Shown piece by piece: positions 18,901 through 24,020 of a stretch of 24,020 nt of DNA. Source of the DNA: a virus. Lineage: Duplodnaviria; Caudoviricetes. Position numbers and translations under genes: made by a program. The stretch is taken from the IMG/VR virus record IMGVR_UViG_3300012919_000041, positions 1 through 24,020 of that record, one strand, 5' to 3'. Within the stretch, counting starts at the first letter, position 1. Each line of letters begins with the position of its first letter. The notes under the pieces are model-generated. The model was not told where the DNA came from. It ran no database searches and was given only the letters and a program-made list of their open reading frames with translations.

Positions 18901-21900
18901 ACTATCAGTGAAGAATTTAATGAATAACCAGAATTAAGAACTTTTGATAAAGAACTACTATTATTAGATTCAGAATACCCAAATGGCCCGTAAATTGGAT
19001 TACCATCATAAGCCCATCCAATTATTGGAGAGTGAACTTGTGGTGATGTAACAGTATCACCGAAAGATGTTTGTATTTTACCAGCATAACCTAAAACAGA
19101 GTATTGTAAATTGTTTCCTGATTCTCTTAATAAAATTTCATCTCCAAATCTTTCTAAATTATTGACATTTAAATCTCTAACTGTAGAATCAATGATAAAA
19201 CCAGATCCATTAGGTGTGACCTTGACTGCAGGTTGAGATGTATATCCTATACCCGGATTTATAACTTTTACCTCTGTAATTTTACCGTCATTAACAACTG
19301 CTCTTAATTTTCCACCTATTCCAGTTCCCACACCTACAATATCTAAATCTGGTGCTGATGTATAATCTTTACCTCCAAATCTAACATCACACTCTACAAT
19401 TTTACCTTCAAGAATTATTGGTTTTAATTCAGCACCCTCACCATTAAGAATTTTTATGTTTGGTTTTTTCTCAAAGTTAAGAATATTTGAACCATAATTT
19501 GTTCCTGATTCATATAGATAACCATCAGTCAGAGGGCCACGTATTTTTGGTGTAGCAACTATTGATTCTGTAAGACCTGCTGATACTGGAGAGTAAACTG
19601 CACTTACGGAAAGAACCACTGGTTCAAAAAAGAATTGATGATTACTTAAAGATGAAACTTCAGATATTCTTACAAAATTCTTTCTTAAATAATTTGAGTT
19701 AGGGTCTGTGGCTCCAACACCCACATCAATTAATCTAAATTTATCTTCATCTAATTTCAAAACACGATAACGTGTGGTTATTCCAAGTCCTACAGGTGCA
19801 TGGTTTGCATTACCACTTGTTGGTGAGTATTGAATTAAATCACCAGTTATAAATCCATGATCTTTAAAATTAACTGAATTATCTACTGTGGTTATACCAA
19901 CTGGTTTTACAATTAATTTTCTATTGGTATAGTTACTTCCTTTTTTTATAACTTTAATAGATTTAAGATGATTTTTTAAATTTAACAACGTAAATTTATG
20001 ATTTCCAGTTTGATTCTCTACAGTATACCCAATAGTGTTGATACCAGCAGAGTAATCTTTTTGAGTTGGATATAATTTAATTGAACTAATTCCAACCACT
20101 TCTGGATAATATATTGATCCACTGATTAATGTTTTATTTTGTACAGTGTTTGATCCCGCGAAAGTACCGATTCCTATGGATGGATGTCCATTGTTGCTGT
20201 AAATTAATGGTTCTCCACTTTGTAAATTATGAGGTTTATCTGTATAAATTATATCTGCAATATGATCAACTCCACCACGATTAATTCTTAATCTACCATC
20301 AAATGTCAATTCTCTTTGTCTTTTTGTGACGATAGGTTTTAAAATTGCTCCAGAACCATTTCCCCCAGACAACGTGATAGATGATATTCTTTCAATGTCA
20401 AAATTTTGCTGATCAACAAGCACCTCTTTCAACTCGCCAGTGACCACAGGTTGAATTAATGCGGTTGTTCCTGCTCCAGCAGGGGCTGGGACACTGATTT
20501 GAGGAGGATTTACAACATCAAAATTTTTACCTTGATTAAAAATTATAAAGTCTGATAATGGGCCATAATAGATCTTATCAAGAGATTTATAGTTTGCAAT
20601 CTCAACACCATTCTTTAGTATACCTGTCGTTCCAACTTCGGTCTTTACTGAGTTTCCAGACTTAATATTTGCTTCAGCGGGAAACTTTTTAAGTATTTTT
20701 TGTACACCTATCTGTTCATTTTTATGTCTTAAAAGAACAAACTTATGAGTTCCTGTGGTAGAAATTCCAGTATTTGTAAATTCAATATAAGGTGGGCGAG
20801 CAAGATTTACGTTTGTTACTGTTATAAAAGATCTTGAAGGATATAATCTTAAAATTTTATCAGGATTTCCAGAATCATCAGGTAAAACTTCTGCATAATA
20901 AACTCCTCCAGTTGTGTCGAGACCCACTAAAGGATCTTCACTTGGAATGTACGCAATCGCATCACCGGTGATAAAATCTATTTTATTATCAAATTGCAAC
21001 TTTGAGTATAATTCAGTCACGTTATTTTTTTCAAGTAACTGACCTGTTACTATACCAGCATTATTAGCAACACCTATTTGAGGATTTGCACCTAATTCAG
21101 ATTTTACAACTGTCTTCTCAATAATATATGATGGCATTGAAGATGATGCCACGTAATAATTTTCATCATTGTCATTATATGTGTTTTGCACATTAGCAGT
21201 GATTTTATTATCACCAAATTCTAAATCAACATCTGCAGCACCAAAGGCTTTGTCTAGTTCTCTTTGTAAGTCATGGTCTTTGTCATTAACAGTTAAACTT
21301 GTATTTAATTCAATTTGATTGCTACTATCTACCTTTATAACGCTAATACCAGTTAATTTTGGAACTGTTGAACCCTTGGCCAAGAATGAAACTTTATCAC
21401 CATTTTTTAAGTTAGATTCATCTAGTGTGGCTTTAGTAATAAATGATGAGGATGTAGTTATTCCTGAAGTCTCTAATTTAAATCGACTTGCAGTATTATA
21501 CAACCAAGAATTGAAAAATACTGTTTTTCTTGTTCTATCACTGGCAAGTGTTGGATTAGGTATCTTTTCTCCTAAATTCTTTACAGTTATCTTTTCACCT
21601 TCAAGAGTTACACTTGATTCTTTGCTAGGTAAAAGTTCAAAATCAGATAGAACTCCAGTAATTCTTAACTCAACTCTCTTGGTAAGATCACCATTTTCGT
21701 ATCCAAAAATGAACTCATCACTTCTAATATCATCAGTAGATCGAATTGAGACACCAATTCCTGTACAATTCAAAAATTGATTTATAGTCTTATCACCGTA
21801 TGTAATGGTGTTTATGCCATTTACACCATTTGAAATTAGAGTTCCAGTTGTGCCAAAACCAACCGTTGAATCAACAGTTAATAAATCAGAACTTATAGGA

Positions 21901-22865
21901 GCATCTTCAATAATTCTTGTTTTTCCGGGTATTGTGAAAGTTCCTTGTATTGCTGTTCTCTCATCATATCCTACAAACAAATTAATTTTGTAATAGGTTG
22001 TTATTCCTAAATTACCAGATCTACTAAAAATTTCTACCTCAGATACAGATCCTGAAGTGTTTAAATCAGTTGATTTGGTAATTGTTTGCCCTACTAACTT
22101 ATTTGGATCACCAGATATTTGTTCAGCAACTATTACTTCCCTTCTTAGATACTCTGCAGATGATGGTTTTATCAGTAAATTTTCAAGATCAATAATTTTT
22201 GGTGAAATCCCATACAAAACATTAAATAAAATACGAAATGACTCTTCAGTTCCTTTAGATTTGTATAATGATTTTGACTCTTTGATAAAATTACTAATAT
22301 CAACATTTGTATTTAATTTTGTATCCTCTAAGCCAGGAGTTAAATATGATTTAACTTTTTTGTAAAATTCCTGAAGAAACAATACACTTAAATTTTCAAC
22401 AGATGATGTTGCAGTGTGATCATCAGCAACAGATGTAGAAAATACTAATTCTCCAAGATTATTAGGATCTGTATAAGAAGTTATACCACAAAATCCACGA
22501 GTAACATCGATAAATTCTGTAGAACTTTTAGATGTGTACGTAAAAATCTCATTATCAATTTTAAAAAGACCATGCTTATCAGGAAATCCCTTTGTTGATG
22601 ATACAGTGACAGTTGTATCTGATGTCCCTATTCCAGATGTAAGTGTTGTTACACCTACAATCACTTCAGGTGTCAGATTATCTAACTTAAGATATTGATC
22701 TAAATTATCTGTTAAATCTATAACTCCACCATGATGTTCTTGTGAAACATAGTATTGTTTTAAAAAATCAGATGTTAATGGGCTCTCTGAAGTAATAAAC
22801 TCAGGGAGTTGATTATCAATTATATCTTGAACTTGTATACGCTTGTTTATTCCAGTTCCGATCAT
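9927..22865 (-). CDS. gp7: Baseplate wedge initiator gp7, giant multi-module form (4312 aa)
   Basis: Lies between gp6 and gp8 with an ATGA overlap to gp6. N-terminal QLPEFI....P....FLKQYY and FIK..K.LY.SKGTEESFRILFNVLYG; internal DNNYYQNLAYTIQS......DPVNRLLHTSGLKNF. These are recognisable gp7 core segments of T4-like cyanophages. Confidence 0.88.
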   Translation of the reverse strand: MIGTGINKRIQVQDIIDNQLPEFITSESPLTSDFLKQYYVSQEHHGGVIDLTDNLDQYLKLDNLTPEVIVGVTTLTSGIGTSDTTVTVSSTKGFPDKHGLFKIDNEIFTYTSKSSTEFIDVTRGFCGITSYTDPNNLGELVFSTSVADDHTATSSVENLSVLFLQEFYKKVKSYLTPGLEDTKLNTNVDISNFIKESKSLYKSKGTEESFRILFNVLYGISPKIIDLENLLIKPSSAEYLRREVIVAEQISGDPNKLVGQTITKSTDLNTSGSVSEVEIFSRSGNLGITTYYKINLFVGYDERTAIQGTFTIPGKTRIIEDAPISSDLLTVDSTVGFGTTGTLISNGVNGINTITYGDKTINQFLNCTGIGVSIRSTDDIRSDEFIFGYENGDLTKRVELRITGVLSDFELLPSKESSVTLEGEKITVKNLGEKIPNPTLASDRTRKTVFFNSWLYNTASRFKLETSGITTSSSFITKATLDESNLKNGDKVSFLAKGSTVPKLTGISVIKVDSSNQIELNTSLTVNDKDHDLQRELDKAFGAADVDLEFGDNKITANVQNTYNDNDENYYVASSSMPSYIIEKTVVKSELGANPQIGVANNAGIVTGQLLEKNNVTELYSKLQFDNKIDFITGDAIAYIPSEDPLVGLDTTGGVYYAEVLPDDSGNPDKILRLYPSRSFITVTNVNLARPPYIEFTNTGISTTGTHKFVLLRHKNEQIGVQKILKKFPAEANIKSGNSVKTEVGTTGILKNGVEIANYKSLDKIYYGPLSDFIIFNQGKNFDVVNPPQISVPAPAGAGTTALIQPVVTGELKEVLVDQQNFDIERISSITLSGGNGSGAILKPIVTKRQRELTFDGRLRINRGGVDHIADIIYTDKPHNLQSGEPLIYSNNGHPSIGIGTFAGSNTVQNKTLISGSIYYPEVVGISSIKLYPTQKDYSAGINTIGYTVENQTGNHKFTLLNLKNHLKSIKVIKKGSNYTNRKLIVKPVGITTVDNSVNFKDHGFITGDLIQYSPTSGNANHAPVGLGITTRYRVLKLDEDKFRLIDVGVGATDPNSNYLRKNFVRISEVSSLSNHQFFFEPVVLSVSAVYSPVSAGLTESIVATPKIRGPLTDGYLYESGTNYGSNILNFEKKPNIKILNGEGAELKPIILEGKIVECDVRFGGKDYTSAPDLDIVGVGTGIGGKLRAVVNDGKITEVKVINPGIGYTSQPAVKVTPNGSGFIIDSTVRDLNVNNLERFGDEILLRESGNNLQYSVLGYAGKIQTSFGDTVTSPQVHSPIIGWAYDGNPIYGPFGYSESNNSSSLSKVLNSGYSLNSSLIVNRPSTTVFPAGFFVEDYVYDNSGDLDENNGRFCKTPDFPDGVYAYFASVSPINQTPVFPYFIGDTYRSDPIADNFTINQNNFDFNSSNLTRNSLPYKFDDKNADYNFAIESYEIKQQTSIIESVSNGDVDDFNIVSSGDNYKVGDSLNFDNTGTDGGGASALVSRIEGKDVSGVTVGVTTYRDVVFVRGGNGTISGFISTTHNLNTNDVIVISGLSTSIPKLTDSHRIGVTSESTVLYKGLGEQNTAGIVTDIYLATIPPTVSAGSSIGIGTEKLLVLNTFKQRSIVRVKRGIVGAAETSKFHTLGGLVQTIPQFLKLRTTDIGDFISKKNDIVYFNPAEAVGVAVTVGRSVSIGKSYTTGELSQVISIPAKSIFLPNHPFSDNQEVILRRPTTTPNTAFTIGIGDRFQVGADFTLPSSGVSTTVYVRKFSDDLIGIALTANHEPVFFKTGSFDNFEYSIESNYPQVKGKVERITATVGISTISFGSTLHGLQNNDIIELNLVSNETKGVGAGSTSVVVKYDSKNDKLLLNPTIFSNANVNSDEINIINHGFKTGQKLFYNGSPATGLTSERTYFVYRIDDDHFRLAETRYDVINEPPNTIGITTNSGGTQELSLVNPPLNIVRNDNLLFYVSDPSLNGYNLNFYFDSEFKNEFVSTGSTTNFGVVRNGISGTGTTSTVTLRFDSTNPEKLFYTLEKTGFISTSDPDVKNGSQISYVDSEYNGSYTAFGATTGGFNISLNQVPEQGSYLSGAASTITYDTSSKNTSGGVSKINLTSGGFGYKNLPGISSITSENGTGAAILCLSSTINNINNVRITDPGFDYHSDKTLRPEARLSPTVTLINSDSITDIEVVNGGSNYIDAPDLVIIDPDTGKLTNDQGVIQVILAANSISNIKILESPRGLTSKTQILRTINNTNGYRVTEVESSNSGIVTCTLKTPINGFATPQFVVGEKVFVENITKGSAGTGFNSPDNGFQFFEVITYNNTDPAKVEFKLPVSASNPGVADTGSQNFASIVKFSDYPRFVASQKSSEFRTGEKLAVQINSNPLTFSATGSLVLDNRPDEFIKIEGSYEFKLGDIIRGENSGTVATINNIKNNKGRFTIDYSLRQNKGWKDEIGRLSEDFMVLADNNYYQNLAYTIQSPQTFDEIIDPVNRLLHTSGLKNFADTGITSTTQAGIGISNATIVSADIITDQRVDAINNFDLAKDIDTILGFTTTSSKFVQLKNTKLAKFVKCNTNRVLKIDDISSLFSDSDANLTGKISVPFGETFGRFLIQSRNIANNAIQLDEVVLFKDNNDTFTFEKNSVVSVGTTIVDIEGSTIDGSTNLNISPIDPNNDDIDIKVFKNSFNSENLRSGTTTLGAVSLVGLSTVVSVGTTAEPIASGSTTTVSAFYATVDVTDLSTNEKNHVDVYATHDGTNSYFSEYYADTSSENNFSSNFIGSFRSRIHNNILTIDFDNSSSVGAGVTNIQVRAKVVGFGTIGITGTHRFKDNAQPDGSESSLILQTGITSIQTSASTNVIGIDSNRFSAIKSIVKVGIGTTVGGSSTHAIHQVLAVHDGTDVHTIHYPFVSVGTTSGIGTFRGTLNSTNGFVLKFVPDSGTGKHHIQHYTEAIYKDLDLLNDAPDFDYGRIKESLSVFQFNAVNGARSNRKNFVLKNGGVPIYEKGFDPEDTTKLNRSTGIFTIPNHFFSENEELVYTPKSTFAGVGATTLQMSGGSNLPTTVFVKKLTNSTFQLRTSSGGSPVTFTNVGAGNSHRLTMAKRLEKTVLNVDNIIQSPMAFSPVTATLTHNVGTGIGTTATNFSVNTTTDINLEDSIKFGNEFMKVTSVGFGTTTIGPVTGVGTYHILGVERGVLGTEVASHNNGVVGRVFSGSFNIIGSEVFFTDAPKGTNNLSKNKSGLDFPRSDFQGRTYLRKTYTTNRIFDDLSTQFTGVGATFRMRSNGSNATGIATGSSLVLINGIFQKPTTENNLSNNYRFIPDGVSAQDIVFTGITSAITGLNVIVDGDVNQNQLPRGGKIVSLGSSGGLGVAPLVGAAVTAILDSEGTITGVGIGSTVYNQSVSPSRPAGTLSFGSGYRPVGGTVSIGVTDLAYVHKFVSSGVGSIRANSNGNNIFTAPQKTATDATYISHTGLLTLTIPSHGLSVGNFVGIDTGGIVFSCSRDNFQSNHAYPRAISKTTGLPDPIAGIATDITAKTTDTITIFIGFGGGAGKDASVNAQVGAGGTLDINIADGGENYVNPKFEFPQPSYDNMEVVGVSRNGVSGTTTGSNLLVTLNVGASSTVGIGSTLFTVNSFEIAREGHSFKRGDKFKPVGLVTARGAVLEDFILEVTEIYNDKFSSWEFGEFDYIDPITNLQDGVRTRFPLRVNGELLSFDIGEGADSQLINMNNLLAIYINNILQEPGEAYVFDGGTTFEFTTAPEANDNIAVFFYKGTASEDISVVDAVATIKTGDVVQLQANDDTSSLTNVNTRFIQDLQQRKRTVSGITTTDTFETEIYTGVGINDSATNKPITWIKQKEDKVVNGIVVSKSRESIEPLVYPTAKIIGDIGLGNTSRIYVDDADFFEYEKDEDSQVNSINFDAIIVNDTNQVSAALTAIVSSSGAITGIDVVSGGSGYVGATTSVHIARPPVPVKVSPIATGIGSTAVATANITNGVITSVTVNSGGAGYSQSIIPRVIVAAQEPPTELISDIEVVKGFSGIVTGISTSKSGSTMLLNFGLQAPAGQAFTDLVPTVPLYISETSVGHGVTSLNNSGVDGEPVAIGRTFLDNVYMVKSITSSSNNAEIQVAVHSNLNVGTVGIGNSIDNANYGRSFSLTLGASGTSAYTFTGSDRGEFSLGRTLSSAQNPTIYVEDGDTVSFVNGMNAHPFRISRTPGGAALGVSDGVTNNGAQNGTIVFNTTGVGHTTFHYQCTSHAAMQGTIRVNKFHKGKFSFGYLQGASSGNVIRDNPVAIGVTGNTVGITTGVGISTFPTIQRRGFGIRDGGALKRSHTP
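10137..10472 (-). other. Cupredoxin (type-1 copper) like domain within gp7
   Basis: NPTIYVEDGDTVSFVNGMNAHPF ... FHYQCTSHAAMQGTIRV, giving His plus a C-x2-H-x2-M ligand set (H4186, C4231, H4234, M4237). Confidence 0.75.
18711..19034 (-). other. YHYH-family-like domain within gp7
   Basis: HSPIIGWAYDGNPIYGPFG ... GDLDENNGRFCKTPDFPDGVYAYF ... FPYFIG matches the conserved C-terminal part of YHYH proteins. Confidence 0.75.
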
Positions 22866-24020
22866 GTTCTTGTCAATTCTCCGTTAGAATAACTTGAAGT
22901 TACTTTATAACCAACACCAGATATTTGCTCACCTGATGTAATTGTATCTTTAACCATATTTATTTGACTACTTGGAATGTTAAAATCAAGGTACAGATCT
23001 TGTAAACCAATAATATCATTTGATTCTGGGAAGGCCTGCACTTCGATAATATTATTTGGTTTATCAGTTGAAATAATATTTATTGTCGATAAATTTATTT
23101 CTCCATGAACATAATCAACAGTTCCTGCTGATTTTACAACCACAATAGTTTCACCACTTGTATTTTTTCTTACAACAGAAATAGTGCCTGTCAATTTGTC
23201 ATCATTTGGAATATCCGTAAAGAACACCGTTTCAACTGTGCCTAAAATTTTGAATCCAGTGCTTTTTATATTGAGACCCTCTGGTTTAACGTTAAATTGA
23301 TTTCCAAAACATAATTCATATTGTGCAAATTGATTGACTAAAGCATTTAAATTTCTTCTTATCTTAACTCTAGTAATATTTGATGTTATCGCTTTATCGA
23401 TATTATCAACAACGTTTAATACCTTACTATACTTAAATCTACCACCAAATTTATTTACATCTCCAGAATTAGAGTATTTTGTTAAAGCTGATATGATCTT
23501 TGCTTTTAAATCGTTTACAGTAGACACTTTCGTTGAATCATAATAAATGAAGGATTCAACCTCAACATAAAGAACTTGTAAGTCAACTATTTTTTGATTT
23601 ATACCTGTTAATGAATAACTTTTCAATTTTGTTAAAATTTGTGTTTTATCAAAATCAGATACAAATTCACCATTTTTTGGTTTGATTGTTATTAACACAG
23701 TTCCAAATTGTGGTGGATCGACTTCTTCACCTCCTACAACTGATACACTCTCTGTATTTGGATATATTTGTTGTATTATTGATTCATAATCTCTTGAAGT
23801 TACCGCTCTGTACTGGGATGAATATAGTCTAGGTGCAAAATACTTAATTGAGTCAATAGTCTCAATATCACCTCCATTAGATGCTGGATTAATTGTATTG
23901 ATTGTTGGAATAACAGAGGGAGTAATTACTTGACCATTACTTCCTAAAAAATTACCTGGAAAGTTAAAGAACTCAGGGCCATTACCTTCAGAACCTGATG
24001 TAACAACATATTGAATTGTA
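22862..24020 (-). CDS. gp6: Baseplate wedge subunit gp6, 5'-truncated by the window edge
   Basis: The frame of the 278-aa track ORF stays open to the window end: TIQYVVTSGSEGNG...GGDIETIDSIKYFAPRLYSSQYRAVTSRDYESII...GGEEVDPPQFGTVLITIKP. The GG..E....I...AP.....Q.RAVT..DY motif is the gp6/baseplate-J signature. Also contains FGGRFKYSK and GTVDYVHGEI. Confidence 0.93.
   Translation of the reverse strand, partial: TIQYVVTSGSEGNGPEFFNFPGNFLGSNGQVITPSVIPTINTINPASNGGDIETIDSIKYFAPRLYSSQYRAVTSRDYESIIQQIYPNTESVSVVGGEEVDPPQFGTVLITIKPKNGEFVSDFDKTQILTKLKSYSLTGINQKIVDLQVLYVEVESFIYYDSTKVSTVNDLKAKIISALTKYSNSGDVNKFGGRFKYSKVLNVVDNIDKAITSNITRVKIRRNLNALVNQFAQYELCFGNQFNVKPEGLNIKSTGFKILGTVETVFFTDIPNDDKLTGTISVVRKNTSGETIVVVKSAGTVDYVHGEINLSTINIISTDKPNNIIEVQAFPESNDIIGLQDLYLDFNIPSSQINMVKDTITSGEQISGVGYKVTSSYSNGELTRT

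Noticed and set aside
9927-22865. Intein, intron or homing endonuclease explaining the very large gp7
   Set aside because: No Hint/splicing motifs, LAGLIDADG, HNH or GIY-YIG signatures seen; the size is explained by repeated structural modules.
22957-22964. AATAAATA about 90 nt upstream of gp7 as an internal late promoter (also TATAAATG overlapping the ATG at 724)
   Set aside because: Imperfect or within coding sequence and expected by chance in AT-rich DNA; cannot be supported without transcript data.
271-23543. Numerous plus-strand ORFs of 62-154 aa (e.g. 6414-6878, 21319-21780, 10771-11142)
   Set aside because: All are antisense shadows of long minus-strand genes, mostly in codon register, with no recognisable motifs or promoters.
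23696-23698. GTG start of the 278-aa track ORF
   Set aside because: The frame stays open upstream with gp6 motifs to the window edge, so the true start is outside the window.

Overview
An AT-rich (about one-third GC by eye) segment of a T4-like myovirus genome, most likely a marine cyanophage of the P-SSM2/S-SM2 type; the host assignment is inference. It is the baseplate/tail structural module and every real gene is on the minus strand. In transcription order: baseplate wedge gp6 (5'-truncated), giant gp7 (4312 aa), gp8, a 2452-aa DUF4815/VrlC-like virion protein, a 66-aa coiled-coil protein, a 113-aa BppU-N-like adaptor, a 75-aa GGxF-ending protein, and the start of a tail fibre. Two perfect T4 late promoters (TATAAATA) are present. 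The most notable observations are: (1) an apparently intact amicyanin-type blue-copper (cupredoxin) site near the gp7 C-terminus, with a ligand-less paralogous module and other His/Cys modules in the same protein; (2) synonymous recoding at Pro-Gly and Gly-Pro junctions that avoids CCWGG and GGWCC; (3) a poly-Pro plus (T-N/E-V)n repeat insert in the DUF4815 protein. Family assignments come from motif recognition and counts were made by hand; no searches were run.
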